Shown here: in pieces, positions 8,760 through 20,272 of the stretch
How the letters are laid out: each line of letters begins with the position of its first letter
Numbering within the stretch: the first letter of the stretch is position 1
Sequence record: SRR20825019_212
Strand: one strand, 5' to 3'
Length of the DNA: 64,000 nucleotides
Program-made: the position numbers and the translations under genes
Notes under the pieces: generated by a model
The model's database searches: none
What the model was told of the DNA's origin: nothing
What the model saw: the letters and a program-made list of their open reading frames with translations, nothing else

Positions 8760-11144
8760 TTAGGAGAAATTCCACCATTTTTTAACGGACTTTCCGTAAC
8801 CATAGCCGTATTTTCCTCCATAGCCCAATTCGGATTGCTTTACATTGTTGACCACAAAGGACAGTCCTTTTAATTTGCCTTCCTCTTTCAGCTTTAATGG
8901 AAAATCGATGACTTTAAGTTCAGTTGCACCCGCCTTGACCACATATAGAATTTGGCTGGCATACTCACTGATCAACAACGTGTCGGTCACTACCATTAAT
9001 GGTGCGGTGTCCACGATAACATAATCGTACATTTTGGATACCTTCTCAAATAATTCACCCATTCTAGGGTTCATGAGTAACTCTGTTGGGTTTGGCGGTA
9101 TTTTTCCTGAAAATATAAGGTCTATTTCGTTTTCATTGATGTGTGCCGGAACGGTGATGTCCTGTACCTTTAAATCAGAATTGACGAGAAACTCTGTTAG
9201 TCCTGCCTTTGTACTCCTTCTGGGTTGAACACCCTCCTTTCCGACCTCAACATTTTCGTCACTGGAAAAGAAATCATAAAGCTTAGGGTTTCGGATATCA
9301 GCTCCCACCAATAAGACCTTCTTTCCAGTATCGGCATAAATCTTGGCCAGATTGGATGAAATGAATGTTTTACCCTCCCCAGGAACGCTGGAAGTTATAA
9401 ATATAAGATTGTCCGGCTTCGATTTCTGGCTCTTTTGAATATAGTTGAGATTGGTCCTTAAGATTCTCAAAGACTCCGCCAAAACTGAACGGTCGTCCTT
9501 CTTTACAATCTTTCTGTCTTTTTTCCCAATCTTTGGAAGTTCGGCAATTACAGGGATATTGTTCCCTATGACACCTTCCAAATCCTGTTTGCTATTTAAC
9601 GTGTTGTCCAATAATCCCGATACATAAATAAACATGAACGGAAGTACAAACCCAAGGAACAGGGCCGCAACATAGTTGATCATCTTGTTAGGTGCCACGG
9701 GGGCAGAACTGGTACTATACGCAGCATCTACAATGGATGATGGTGGAGAAGCTGAGGCAAAGGCTATTTGAGCCTCCTCCCGCTTTTCCAGAAGATATAG
9801 GTACAAAGACTCTGTGGTCTCCAATTTCCGTGTAATATCACGTAGTTCGCGCTCATTTCCAGGAGCTGAATAAATCCTACTGTTAATTCTGGATTGTTGC
9901 CGGGCCAAACTGTTGATCTGCAGTTCCAAGTTTCCCGTGGTATTGTTCAAACTCGAAAGCAAACTACTTTTTAAGGTATTAAGCTCCTTGTCCAAATTTT
10001 GAACCACCGGATTCAGATTACTGGAACTTTCCAACAACCTGTTTCTTTCTGCAACCAATTGATTGTACCGCGCGGTAGTTCCTGTAATCGTTTGGTCGGA
10101 GAGCCCAAGGTTTGATGGCAAAATCTCATAACCGTCTTGGTTTTCGACCATGTCTTTCATGGAAGATGCCATATTCAATTGCAAAGAAGCACTTTCCAAC
10201 TGTTGGCGGTTCTCCATACCCACACTTAAGTTGATATTGGACTCGGATGATATATCCGTAATTCCACGATTGGTCTTGAATTCTTCCGCGGATTGATCGA
10301 CATTGTAAAGGTTAGAGTAAATCTCTGTGATACGGGCATCAATAAAATTAGAGGTCTTGTCCGCTGCAATCTTTTTATCCTCAATAGCATTTTCATTATA
10401 GACTGCTATAAGTTCATTGATAATGTCCTGTGCCCTTTGCTGTATCCTATCTTGAAGATAAAGGGACAAAATATTCGAAGACCGCTCCAATGGAGTAATT
10501 TGAACACGGCCTCGATAACTATCAGCAACCACAGTAGCGGGTCTGATTACAATTCTAAATTCATTCCCTTTGTAAATCTTTATGTTTTCAACACTTGGCG
10601 TTATGATCATATCTCCCAATGGAGTTGAAATATTGGAGCCAAAAGTGTTTTGTTTATAGGGCTCATCTTCCTGTCTCTTGTAACCAAATGTTGCATCGGA
10701 CATTACATTTAAATAAAAGCTGAAGCCAGATTGGCTTACTATGGAATCCGACTCCTTAAAATTTAAATTGAAAGGAGAGTCTTTGTATATCTCAGAATCT
10801 AGAATATTACCCAATCTAAAAATTTGTGTGTTCAGCTGAAGCTTTTTTACAACTTCTACAAAATTAGACCGAGATTTGATGATTTCAATCTCATCGATAA
10901 TTGGATTCATCTGTCCCTGAAAAGCACCCAAATCCTGAAAAACCGCAAGTTCGGGGTTATTGTTTCCCTCCATCTCTATTTTGATTCGAGCTTGGGCATC
11001 ATAGAGGGGTGCTGTATAGCGATTGTAAAGGAAGGCTATACCTAAACAAAATATAATAGCGAGCAAAAACAAATACCACTTGCTCGTATACTGTCTAATT
11101 ATTTCCTTGAAATCAATACTTTTAAATGAAAACTTGTTTTCCAA
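8760..11144 (-). CDS. wzc: Polysaccharide co-polymerase / BY tyrosine kinase
   Basis: Two TMs flanking a coiled-coil periplasmic region; Walker A SSVPGEGKT, ADIRNP, VDTAP; C-terminal Tyr cluster GYGGKYGYGYG; TTG start. Confidence 0.93.
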   Translation of the reverse strand: MENKFSFKSIDFKEIIRQYTSKWYLFLLAIIFCLGIAFLYNRYTAPLYDAQARIKIEMEGNNNPELAVFQDLGAFQGQMNPIIDEIEIIKSRSNFVEVVKKLQLNTQIFRLGNILDSEIYKDSPFNLNFKESDSIVSQSGFSFYLNVMSDATFGYKRQEDEPYKQNTFGSNISTPLGDMIITPSVENIKIYKGNEFRIVIRPATVVADSYRGRVQITPLERSSNILSLYLQDRIQQRAQDIINELIAVYNENAIEDKKIAADKTSNFIDARITEIYSNLYNVDQSAEEFKTNRGITDISSESNINLSVGMENRQQLESASLQLNMASSMKDMVENQDGYEILPSNLGLSDQTITGTTARYNQLVAERNRLLESSSNLNPVVQNLDKELNTLKSSLLSSLNNTTGNLELQINSLARQQSRINSRIYSAPGNERELRDITRKLETTESLYLYLLEKREEAQIAFASASPPSSIVDAAYSTSSAPVAPNKMINYVAALFLGFVLPFMFIYVSGLLDNTLNSKQDLEGVIGNNIPVIAELPKIGKKDRKIVKKDDRSVLAESLRILRTNLNYIQKSQKSKPDNLIFITSSVPGEGKTFISSNLAKIYADTGKKVLLVGADIRNPKLYDFFSSDENVEVGKEGVQPRRSTKAGLTEFLVNSDLKVQDITVPAHINENEIDLIFSGKIPPNPTELLMNPRMGELFEKVSKMYDYVIVDTAPLMVVTDTLLISEYASQILYVVKAGATELKVIDFPLKLKEEGKLKGLSFVVNNVKQSELGYGGKYGYGYGKSVKKWWNFS

Positions 11145-11180
11145 AGATTACTATTTAAGAATTTGAAATGGTATTATAAA

Positions 11181-11942
11181 TTAATTGCGCGTCAAGAATA
11201 ACGTAGTTGTTACTATCAAAGAAAGTATGGAAAGTGCTATCGTAGTTCTATTGTCCAATGAAGAAGAGACTGCAGCCGATTTGTTGGGTTCTACATAGAC
11301 CACATCATTTTGTGTGAGGTAATATGCTGGAGAGTTCATTACATTCTTGGAAGTCAAGTCCAATCTATTGTACACCTTTACACCATCAAAGTCCCTGATT
11401 ACCATTACATTTTCCCTTCTACCTTTAATGGTCAGGTCTCCTGCCAATCCAAGCGCTTCCAATATGGTCACTTGTTCCCCAATAATCGGATAGGTTCCCG
11501 GGCTACGTACCTCTCCCAATACAGTTACGGTGAAGTTTCTCAATCTTACATTAATAATTGGATCTTTTAAGTAAGATGAAAGCCTTTCCTTAAGATCAAT
11601 CTTAAGTTCCTCCGGGGACAACCCCAATACATTTACCTTTCCAATCACAGGGAACTCAATATCCCCATTTTTATCGACGATATAGTCCAATGATTCCGAT
11701 TGTCCGTTGGCCGCAACCCCTATGGTCAGATTAAAAGGAGCACTTGCTTCAGGGTTTAGGGTCGCCACATAGATGCTGATAACATCATCCACCTTGAACT
11801 TGGGCTCAAACCTGTTTTCGGTAACAATTGTTTCAAAATCCTGTGAATCTTGAAAATACACAACTTTTTTTGATGATGTGCATGAGACTACAGCACAGGC
11901 TATGGCAAGCAGTATTATCGCGGGTTTAATTTTTTGATACAT
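11181..11942 (-). CDS. wza: Polysaccharide export outer-membrane lipoprotein
   Basis: Lipobox VVSC; Poly_export motif YIVDKNGDIEFPVIG; SLBB motif VLGEVRSPG...EALGLAGD. Confidence 0.9.
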   Translation of the reverse strand: MYQKIKPAIILLAIACAVVSCTSSKKVVYFQDSQDFETIVTENRFEPKFKVDDVISIYVATLNPEASAPFNLTIGVAANGQSESLDYIVDKNGDIEFPVIGKVNVLGLSPEELKIDLKERLSSYLKDPIINVRLRNFTVTVLGEVRSPGTYPIIGEQVTILEALGLAGDLTIKGRRENVMVIRDFDGVKVYNRLDLTSKNVMNSPAYYLTQNDVVYVEPNKSAAVSSSLDNRTTIALSILSLIVTTTLFLTRN

Positions 11943-11953
11943 CTGGAAAGTGT

Positions 11954-13900
11954 TTAGTTATTGAATTGAGGATATCCAATCCTAGAGGTTTTCTGTGTTT
12001 CCTTTATTGGTGTTTTCTTGTCCAATTTACAAAAATCTGAATTGTTGGAAATATATTCCGGTACTATGTCCTTCATCAATTTCACTACATTGTCTTTGAA
12101 GAACAAGTTGGAAATACAAAGTTCGTCTATCATGGTTCGAGTTCCCACATAATCGATTTCACGCACCTTACTGATCATAATCTTGTCATGATAGGTAGGA
12201 AGCGTATTCTCACCATTTGCCAAAAGTTCTTCATAAAGTTTTTCACCTGGCCTTAGCCCGGTTACCTTGATATCGATATCATCCGGATAGTGAAGGCCTG
12301 AGAGTCGTATCATATTCTTGGCCAAATCCATAATCTTAACGGATTCTCCCATATCAAAAATAAAGATTTCACCACCTTTGCCCATGGCCCCGGCTTCCAA
12401 TACCAATTGTGAAGCTTCTGGAATGGTCATAAAATATCTGGTAATGTCTTTGTGCGTTACGGTCAATGGGCCTCCCTTTTCGATTTGCTTTCTGAACAAA
12501 GGAATCACGGATCCATTTGATCCAAGTACATTCCCGAACCTTGTTGTTATAAATTTTGTTTTTCCCTCTTGCTGTCTACAGCTTATGTACATTTCTGCAA
12601 TTCGTTTGGTCGCACCCATAATGTTGGTCGGGTTTACCGCCTTATCCGTCGATACGAACACAAACTTTTCAACTTCATATTCGCAAGCAAGGTCAACAAT
12701 GGTCTTAGTACCGGCAACATTGATCTTGATCGCCTCATATGGATTTTGCTCCATAAGGGGCACGTGTTTATAAGCCGCAGCATGGAAAATCCTATCCGGT
12801 TTGTATTGCTCAAAAAGCACACGCATCTTGTTCTTGTCCCTAATATCGCTCACAATGGGCACGTAATTGAAGAAACCTGCCTGTTTTAACTCTTGCTGTA
12901 GATCATAAAGAGCTGATTCTGCTTGATCAATCACAATCAAAGAGCGATAGTTGTATTTGCAAATCTGCCTTACCAATTCACTTCCTATAGAACCAGCGCC
13001 CCCGGTCACCATGATGACTTTGTCATCAAAATCCTTCATCACCTTGCTGTTCTTGATTTCAATAGGTGGACGATCCAATAAATCCTCAATCTGTACACGC
13101 TTAATTTGCGAAACCTTGAGCTCTCCATTGATCCAATCCTCTACGGGAGGTACAATCTTAACCTTTACTGGAAGATCTACAATCTCATTGACAAGGATCC
13201 TCAATTGTTTGGGATTGATGCTCTGTATAGAAAAAATTACTTCTGAGATATTGTGGAACTTGACAAAATCCTCGGTCAAAATCGACTTGTCATATACCTT
13301 GACCCCATTGATCTGTTTTCCTACTTTCTGCAAGTTATTGTCTACAAAACCAATGACCTTAGCTCCCATTTTAGAGTGATTGGTCAATGTATTGTAAGTA
13401 ATGATTCCTGATTCCCCGGCACCATAGATAATCAAGTTCTTTGTAGGTACCTGATTACCTTTCATCAAACTTTCAAAAGCAATCTTAAACACCATTCGAG
13501 ATGCAGACAATGCTATGAATGTAAGCAAACTGTTAATGATTATTATGGACAAAGGGATGGTGAATTTTTCAAAAAACACCATATACCTATTGAACATTAC
13601 AACGCCAATGGCACCTATACTTGCCAAACATACAGCATTAAAAATGGCATAAACATCCTTTATACCGGTGTGTCTTACCACACCCTTATAACTGCCAGAT
13701 ATAAGAAAGGCCAAAAAGAACAATACAACTACGACTGGCAATTGCATCCACAACTGCTCCACATCAAAATCGAAGCTTAGGTTAAACCTGATAAAATATG
13801 CAAGAATAAAGGAAAATGAAACTATACAAAGGTCTATCAAAAGTACGGTCCACTTTGATGCGTATCGCTGGCCGGTCCTAAAAAAGAATTCTTTTATCAT
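11954..13900 (-). CDS. Membrane-bound UDP-GlcNAc 4,6-dehydratase (CapD/PglF/WbpM family)
   Basis: Four N-terminal TMs; TGGAGSIG, HAAAYKHVP, STDKAVNP, RFGNVLGSNGS, GLRPGEKLYEEL. Confidence 0.92.
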   Translation of the reverse strand: MIKEFFFRTGQRYASKWTVLLIDLCIVSFSFILAYFIRFNLSFDFDVEQLWMQLPVVVVLFFLAFLISGSYKGVVRHTGIKDVYAIFNAVCLASIGAIGVVMFNRYMVFFEKFTIPLSIIIINSLLTFIALSASRMVFKIAFESLMKGNQVPTKNLIIYGAGESGIITYNTLTNHSKMGAKVIGFVDNNLQKVGKQINGVKVYDKSILTEDFVKFHNISEVIFSIQSINPKQLRILVNEIVDLPVKVKIVPPVEDWINGELKVSQIKRVQIEDLLDRPPIEIKNSKVMKDFDDKVIMVTGGAGSIGSELVRQICKYNYRSLIVIDQAESALYDLQQELKQAGFFNYVPIVSDIRDKNKMRVLFEQYKPDRIFHAAAYKHVPLMEQNPYEAIKINVAGTKTIVDLACEYEVEKFVFVSTDKAVNPTNIMGATKRIAEMYISCRQQEGKTKFITTRFGNVLGSNGSVIPLFRKQIEKGGPLTVTHKDITRYFMTIPEASQLVLEAGAMGKGGEIFIFDMGESVKIMDLAKNMIRLSGLHYPDDIDIKVTGLRPGEKLYEELLANGENTLPTYHDKIMISKVREIDYVGTRTMIDELCISNLFFKDNVVKLMKDIVPEYISNNSDFCKLDKKTPIKETQKTSRIGYPQFNN

Positions 13901-15030
13901 TTTAATTCACTTTTGATAATTCCACAAATTCTTTCCAGATCAGTGGTTTCCAAACTAGACCCACTTGGCAAACATAGTCCACGATTAAACAGGTCTTCAC
14001 TAACACCGTTTACATACGAATTGTTATTCTTGAATACTGGCTGTAAATGCATTGGCTTCCACAAGGGCCTTGATTCTATGTTCTCGTGTTCAAGGGCAAT
14101 TCGTATACCCTCCCTGTCCTCAAAAGAAGGGGTTAGAATGCATGTGAGCCAACGGTTGGATATACTACCCTTAGGTTCTTCCAAAAAAGTGATTTTGGAC
14201 TGGTCCGACAGGTGTTCCCTGTAGTATTCATAATTTTTCCTTCTTGCGGCCACTCTATCTCCCAAAACCTCCATTTGCCCTCGTCCAATACCAGCTAGCA
14301 CATTGCTCATTCTATAATTGTAACCTATGTGGGAGTGTTCGTAATGGGGAGCATTATCTCTCGCCTGCGTGGCCAAGAAAACTGCCTTCTCCTTTGTCTT
14401 TTGGTCTTTGCAAAGCAGGGCACCTCCACCTGATGTGGTAATAATTTTGTTTCCATTGAAGGATAGGATTCCTATGTCACCAAAACTTCCGCAATTAAAT
14501 CCTTGATATGAACTTCCCAGTGCCTCGGCACTGTCCTCTATCACAGGAATGTCATATTCCTTTGCTATGGCATGGATTTCATCCACCTTATAGGGCATAC
14601 CGTATAAATGCACTGCTACAATGGCTTTGGGTTTTTCACCATTTGCCAATCTATCCTCAATGGCCTCCTTTAATAATGCAGGGGAAATATTCCAGGTTTC
14701 TTCTTCACTGTCCACAAATATGGGTGTGGCACCCAAATAAGTAATCGGATTTGCGGAGGCGGCAAAAGTAAAGCTCTGGCAAATTACCTCGTCACCATGG
14801 CCTACACCTAAAAGCTCCAGACCTAAATGTATAGCTGCCGTTCCAGAACTCAAGCAGGCTGCATGGACATTGTTACCTATAAAATCCTCAATTGATTTTT
14901 CAAATTGTTGTACGTTGGGACCCAAAGGGGCTATCCAATTGGTTTCAAAGGCTTCCTTTACATAGGTTTCCTCGTTTCCGCCCATGTGTGGCGGTGACAA
15001 CCAAATTTTTTTTAATACTGTGGTTTCCAT
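13897..15030 (-). CDS. DegT/DnrJ family PLP-dependent sugar aminotransferase (PglE-like)
   Basis: IWLSPPH, SSGTAAIH, EDSAEALG, SFNGNKIITTSGGG; start moved to the ATG at 15030 (METTVLKK). Confidence 0.9.
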   Translation of the reverse strand: METTVLKKIWLSPPHMGGNEETYVKEAFETNWIAPLGPNVQQFEKSIEDFIGNNVHAACLSSGTAAIHLGLELLGVGHGDEVICQSFTFAASANPITYLGATPIFVDSEEETWNISPALLKEAIEDRLANGEKPKAIVAVHLYGMPYKVDEIHAIAKEYDIPVIEDSAEALGSSYQGFNCGSFGDIGILSFNGNKIITTSGGGALLCKDQKTKEKAVFLATQARDNAPHYEHSHIGYNYRMSNVLAGIGRGQMEVLGDRVAARRKNYEYYREHLSDQSKITFLEEPKGSISNRWLTCILTPSFEDREGIRIALEHENIESRPLWKPMHLQPVFKNNNSYVNGVSEDLFNRGLCLPSGSSLETTDLERICGIIKSELK

Positions 15031-15343
15031 TATCAGTTTTGGGTTGATATAAGTAGGACAAGAATTTCTTCTCGAAAGTAAATGTAATAGTAAAATTGGG
15101 GCTGGAAACCATTTTGCTTTACTATTCGCCAAACACAAAAAATAATCGATTAAGTGTTGGAATGATGGTAAGTTGAAAGAAATGCAATCCGGTGAAACGT
15201 GAAAATCTCAGTTTACGGCACTGTACTTTTTACAGTGTATACAGAACCCTCCATACTTTCTAAAATAACAACACAAATTAGTTTTACTAAAAAGTAACCC
15301 GCGAATTCCATTAATTCCCCATTTTTGTATAAACTTTTCAACT

Positions 15344-16378
15344 ATGAGAATTCTGGTAACCGGGTGTGCAGGATTTATAGGGTATCACTTAACCCAAAAA
15401 TTGATTGAAAATGGCCATAATGTGATGGGTATCGACAATCTCAACGATTATTATGATGTCCGGTTAAAATTGGACCGTTTAAAAGAGCTCGGTATCGATT
15501 CGGATACTGCACTTCATCAAAATAAGACCGTGGCAAGTGATTCTTTTAAAGGCTTCAAATTTGTTAGAATGTCGATTGAAGACCGCGAAAATTTGCCACA
15601 ATTGTTCAGTCACAATCATTTTGATGTCGTTTGCAATTTGGCCGCGCAAGCTGGGGTACGTTACAGTCTTGAAAACCCAGAAGCTTATGTGGATAGCAAC
15701 ATTGTCGGGTTCTTGAATGTTTTGGAATGTTGTAAGAACCATAGCATTGAACATTTGGTGTATGCCAGCAGTTCCAGTGTGTATGGAATGAACAAAAAAG
15801 TTCCCTTTAATACCACCGATTCTGTAGACCATCCCATAAGCCTGTACGCTGCTTCCAAAAAAAGCAACGAGTTAATGGCCCACACATACAGTCATCTTTA
15901 TGGGATAAGAACCACCGGGTTGCGCTTTTTTACCGTATATGGCCCTTGGGGGCGACCTGATATGGCCATGTTTTTGTTTACGGACGCCATCCTAAAGCAT
16001 AAACCGATAAAAGTCTTCAACCATGGGAAACTTGAAAGGGACTTTACTTATATAGATGATATTGTACAAGGAATCACCCAAATAGTTGAAAACAGGCATA
16101 CGGCTGCCTATAATTCTGACAACCTTTATCATCTGTATAACATCGGAAACAGCAAAAGTGTGAAATTGCTAGATTTTATCGAAGCTATTGAAGATGAGAT
16201 TGGCTTAAAAGCATCTAAAGAAATGATGCCCATGCAACCGGGGGATGTGGAAAAAACGTGGGCCGATGTATCAGGGCTGGAAAGAGATTATAACTACCGG
16301 CCAAATACTCCTATCAAATCCGGCGTGAAAAAATTTGTTGCCTGGTACAAAACATATTATGGCAATTCAAATGAATAA
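15344..16378 (+). CDS. NAD-dependent epimerase, UDP-glucuronate 4-epimerase type
   Basis: TGCAGFIG, NLAAQAGVRYS, YAASKK, RFFTVYGPWGRPDMA, QPGDV. Confidence 0.88.
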   Translation: MRILVTGCAGFIGYHLTQKLIENGHNVMGIDNLNDYYDVRLKLDRLKELGIDSDTALHQNKTVASDSFKGFKFVRMSIEDRENLPQLFSHNHFDVVCNLAAQAGVRYSLENPEAYVDSNIVGFLNVLECCKNHSIEHLVYASSSSVYGMNKKVPFNTTDSVDHPISLYAASKKSNELMAHTYSHLYGIRTTGLRFFTVYGPWGRPDMAMFLFTDAILKHKPIKVFNHGKLERDFTYIDDIVQGITQIVENRHTAAYNSDNLYHLYNIGNSKSVKLLDFIEAIEDEIGLKASKEMMPMQPGDVEKTWADVSGLERDYNYRPNTPIKSGVKKFVAWYKTYYGNSNE

Positions 16379-16558
16379 TATGGAATCGTAAGCTCGTTAC
16401 CCTATAAATGGTTTGATCTCCAAAACACCTCTTTCCTCAATTAGACACTCATTTTAACACTAAACATGTATTTTATCCGTTTTATCAAAAGTTCACCTAA
16501 AACCAGCTTGGTTCTAATTACTTTTCTTCATATTTGCTCGAAATTTTCTTAAACACCC

Positions 16559-17557
16559 ATGGATATATCACACCTTGACCTAAACAAAGAACATACTATT
16601 TTAGTTACGGGAGGAGCTGGATTTATTGGCTCCAACCTATGTGAAGCATTGTTGGACAATGGAAATAAAGTAACCTGTCTGGACAACTTTTCAACAGGTA
16701 AAAGAGAAAATATCGCCCACTTACAATCCAATCCCAATTTTAAATTGATAGAAGGCGATATTAGAAATCTGGATGATTGCCAAAAAGCCTGTGAGGGCGT
16801 TGATTACATTTTACATGAAGCCGCTTTGGGATCGGTCCCTAGATCAATAAATGATCCCATTACAAGTAATGAAGTGAATGTTTCTGGATTTTTAAACATG
16901 TTGGTAGCCGCGCGCGATGCCAAGGTAAAGCGTTTTGTATATGCTGCCAGTTCTTCAACTTACGGGGATTCCGAGTCACTACCAAAGGTTGAGGACAAGA
17001 TAGGAAAGCCTCTATCCCCCTACGCAATCACTAAATATGTGAATGAGCTTTATGCCGAAATATTTTCCAAAACTTATGGGCTTCAAACCATAGGACTACG
17101 TTATTTCAATGTTTTTGGAAGAAAGCAAGACCCAAATGGAGCCTATGCCGCGGTAATCCCAAAGTTTGTTATGCATTTAATGCAGCACGAGTCACCGGTC
17201 ATTAACGGAGATGGTTCTTTTTCCAGGGATTTCACCTATATTGATAATGTCATCGAAATGAATGTAAGGGCTCTGACCAGCACCAACAAGGAAGCCGTGA
17301 ACACAGTATACAATGTAGCCTTTGGAGAGCGGACCGACCTAAACGAACTTGTTGGGCTACTAAAGGAGTTTTTAGGTGAGTTTGATGCCGAAATAAAACG
17401 AATCGAACCAAAATATGGCCCTAATCGACAAGGAGATGTACCCCACTCCCTAGCCTCTATTGAAAAAGCAAAAACTCTACTTAACTACAGTCCCAAATAC
17501 GATATGAGATCAGGGCTCAAAGAAGCCGTAAATTGGTACTGGAAGAATCTTAAATAA
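16559..17557 (+). CDS. UDP-GlcNAc(A) 4-epimerase (WbpP/TviC type)
   Basis: [39 protein letters not shown]. Confidence 0.88.
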   Translation: MDISHLDLNKEHTILVTGGAGFIGSNLCEALLDNGNKVTCLDNFSTGKRENIAHLQSNPNFKLIEGDIRNLDDCQKACEGVDYILHEAALGSVPRSINDPITSNEVNVSGFLNMLVAARDAKVKRFVYAASSSTYGDSESLPKVEDKIGKPLSPYAITKYVNELYAEIFSKTYGLQTIGLRYFNVFGRKQDPNGAYAAVIPKFVMHLMQHESPVINGDGSFSRDFTYIDNVIEMNVRALTSTNKEAVNTVYNVAFGERTDLNELVGLLKEFLGEFDAEIKRIEPKYGPNRQGDVPHSLASIEKAKTLLNYSPKYDMRSGLKEAVNWYWKNLK

Positions 17558-17571
17558 AATACGAGAATAAA

Positions 17572-18900
17572 ATGAACTTAACAATAATTGGAACTGGATA
17601 CGTTGGATTGGTGACAGGAACTTGTTTTGCCGAAATGGGAAACAAAGTGACCTGCGTTGATATTGATGAAAAGAAAATAGAAAACCTAAAAAAAGGGATT
17701 ATTCCCATATACGAACCTGGCCTTGAGGCTATGGTACAGCGCAATGTGGACAATAAAACCTTATTCTTCAACACCCAACTCAAAGATTGTTTAGCAGATT
17801 GCGACATGGCCTTTATTGCCGTGGGCACTCCGATGGGGGAAGATGGTTCTGCGGATTTGAAATACGTACTCAATGTTGCTTCCGAAATTGGAAAGCACAT
17901 GAGCCAACCTCTCATCATTGTAGACAAATCCACAGTTCCAGTTGGGACGGCAGATAAAGTAAAGGATGTTATCCAAGATGAATTGAACAAAAGAAATGCC
18001 AACATCGATTTTCATGTGGTTTCAAACCCTGAATTCCTAAAAGAAGGGGACGCCATTGGCGACTTTATGAAACCGGACAGGGTTGTTGTAGGTACCGAGG
18101 ATAAAGCTACTGCAGAGAAAATGCGCCAGCTCTACGCTCCATTCTTTAGAAGTAGCATGGACCGTATGTTGGTGATGGATGTGCGTTCTGCAGAAATGAC
18201 CAAATATGTTGCCAACGCCATGCTTGCCACAAAAATTTCGTTCATGAATGAGGTGGCGAACATTTGTGAACTTGTGGGCGCCGATGTAAACAAGGTAAGA
18301 ATTGGAATTGGGTCCGACAGCCGAATTGGTTACAGCTTCATCTATCCCGGTAGCGGCTACGGAGGGTCATGTTTTCCAAAAGATGTTAAGGCACTTAAGA
18401 AGACAGCTCAACAACATGGCTATCAAGCACAATTGCTCAATGCCGTGGAGGATGTTAACGATAGACAGAAATTGGTCATCGCCGACAAGGTTATCGAACA
18501 TTTTGGGAAAGACCTATCTGGTAAAACATTTGCCGTGTGGGGTCTATCCTTTAAACCAGGAACTGATGACATGCGGGAAGCCCCCTCAATTTATATCATA
18601 AATAAACTTACAGAACTCGGGGCTAAAATACAGGCCTATGATCCCAAAGCGGTTCACGAAGCCAAAGAATTTTATTTAAAGGACAACAAAAATATTGAGT
18701 ACGCTGACTCTAGGTACGAAGCATTGGAAAATGCCGATGCGTTGTTGCTTTTGACAGAATGGAAGGAGTTTAGATCACCCGATTTTATGGCAATCAAGAA
18801 TAACCTTAAGAACCCTTTAATTTTTGATGGTCGTAATCAGTATGATGGGGAACGAATGGAAAATATTGGAATTAAATATTATCAAATCGGAAAAAAATAG
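17572..18900 (+). CDS. ugd: UDP-glucose 6-dehydrogenase
   Basis: [43 protein letters not shown]. Confidence 0.9.
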   Translation: MNLTIIGTGYVGLVTGTCFAEMGNKVTCVDIDEKKIENLKKGIIPIYEPGLEAMVQRNVDNKTLFFNTQLKDCLADCDMAFIAVGTPMGEDGSADLKYVLNVASEIGKHMSQPLIIVDKSTVPVGTADKVKDVIQDELNKRNANIDFHVVSNPEFLKEGDAIGDFMKPDRVVVGTEDKATAEKMRQLYAPFFRSSMDRMLVMDVRSAEMTKYVANAMLATKISFMNEVANICELVGADVNKVRIGIGSDSRIGYSFIYPGSGYGGSCFPKDVKALKKTAQQHGYQAQLLNAVEDVNDRQKLVIADKVIEHFGKDLSGKTFAVWGLSFKPGTDDMREAPSIYIINKLTELGAKIQAYDPKAVHEAKEFYLKDNKNIEYADSRYEALENADALLLLTEWKEFRSPDFMAIKNNLKNPLIFDGRNQYDGERMENIGIKYYQIGKK

Positions 18901-18960
18901 GATTCAAAGAAAAACAAGATACGCTGTTCAAAAGCATCGCAGTATAACAAAAACACTAAC

Positions 18961-20241
18961 ATGAACAACAATAAAATAGCTGTAATAGGATTGGGATATG
19001 TAGGCCTTCCCTTGGCAAGATTGTTTGCCACCAAGTATCCTGTAACCGGTTTCGATATCAACGAATCCCGAATTAAAGAACTACAGACCGGAGTGGACTC
19101 CACACTGGAAGTGGAAAACGAGGTATTGCAATCCGTATTGATTGACAAACCATTGGAAACCAACGGGCTCTACTGCAGCAATAAAATCGATGATATTGCC
19201 CATGCCAATATATACGTAATTACCGTCCCTACCCCTGTCGATAAAAACAATAGACCCGATTTGACCCCATTGAAAAAATCCAGTGAAACTGTGGGCAAGG
19301 TATTGAAAAAGGGAGATATCGTTATTTATGAATCTACTGTTTATCCTGGGGCAACCGAGGAAGAATGTATTCCTGTACTCGAGAGCATAAGCGGATTAAA
19401 GTTCAATGAAGACTTTTATGCAGGATATTCCCCTGAGCGAATCAATCCGGGGGATAAATTACATACGGTTGAAAAAATATTAAAGGTAACCTCTGGCTCC
19501 ACTCCAGAAATCGGAAAAGTTGTGGATGAGCTTTACTCCTCTGTCATAACCGCTGGTACGCATTTGGCACCAACCATAAAAGTTGCCGAAGCAGCTAAGG
19601 TTATTGAGAATTCCCAAAGGGACATCAATATTGCCTTTGTAAACGAGCTTGCCAAAATTTTCAATCTCATGGATATTGACACGCATGCTGTTTTGGAGGC
19701 AGCTGGGACCAAATGGAACTTTCTGCCCTTTAAACCAGGGTTGGTCGGTGGACATTGTATCGGTGTAGATCCCTATTACTTGGCACAGCGTGCCCAGGAG
19801 TTCGGTTACCACCCTGAAATTATATTGGCGGGTAGACGCTTGAATGATAGTATGGGAGGTTATGTTGCCTCCGAGATCATCAAATTGATGGTAAAAAAAG
19901 ACCTGCGCATCAAAGGGGCCAAGGTTTTGGTGTTGGGGATTACTTTCAAAGAGAACTGTCCGGATGTACGAAATACGCGCGCAGTAGATGTAATCAAGCA
20001 ATTGATGGATTATGGCACCGATGTCACTGTATATGACCCTTGGGCCAACCCTGCCGAGGTGGAACATGAGTATGGTTTATCCATCACTAAAAACCTTCCT
20101 GATGAAAAGTTTGATGCCGTTGTGCTCACCGTCGCCCATCAAAAGTTTTTGGAAATGGAGTTAAGGCCATTGCTTAAACAAGATGGTGTACTTTATGACG
20201 TTAAGGGCATTATTAAGGAAGCTGTGGAAGCTAGGTTGTAA
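18961..20241 (+). CDS. UDP-N-acetylhexosamine 6-dehydrogenase (WbpO/TviB type)
   Basis: GLGYVGLP, ESTVYPG, YSPERINPG, GGHCIGVDPYY, FKENCPDVRN. Confidence 0.9.
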   Translation: MNNNKIAVIGLGYVGLPLARLFATKYPVTGFDINESRIKELQTGVDSTLEVENEVLQSVLIDKPLETNGLYCSNKIDDIAHANIYVITVPTPVDKNNRPDLTPLKKSSETVGKVLKKGDIVIYESTVYPGATEEECIPVLESISGLKFNEDFYAGYSPERINPGDKLHTVEKILKVTSGSTPEIGKVVDELYSSVITAGTHLAPTIKVAEAAKVIENSQRDINIAFVNELAKIFNLMDIDTHAVLEAAGTKWNFLPFKPGLVGGHCIGVDPYYLAQRAQEFGYHPEIILAGRRLNDSMGGYVASEIIKLMVKKDLRIKGAKVLVLGITFKENCPDVRNTRAVDVIKQLMDYGTDVTVYDPWANPAEVEHEYGLSITKNLPDEKFDAVVLTVAHQKFLEMELRPLLKQDGVLYDVKGIIKEAVEARL

Positions 20242-20272
20242 TAGCTAAGCCCAACTAAATAATTAAAAGCAT

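Noticed and set aside
15031-15138. N-terminal extensions in the ORF track (aminotransferase; also 34922, 42160, 43590, 63858 starts)
   Set aside because: Family-typical N-termini begin at downstream ATGs (15030, 34973, 42232, 43680, 63837).
19480-20067. Long antisense ORFs (e.g. 19480-20067, 29946-30521, 36362-36910)
   Set aside because: They lie wholly opposite well-supported genes and have no motifs; they are shadow ORFs.
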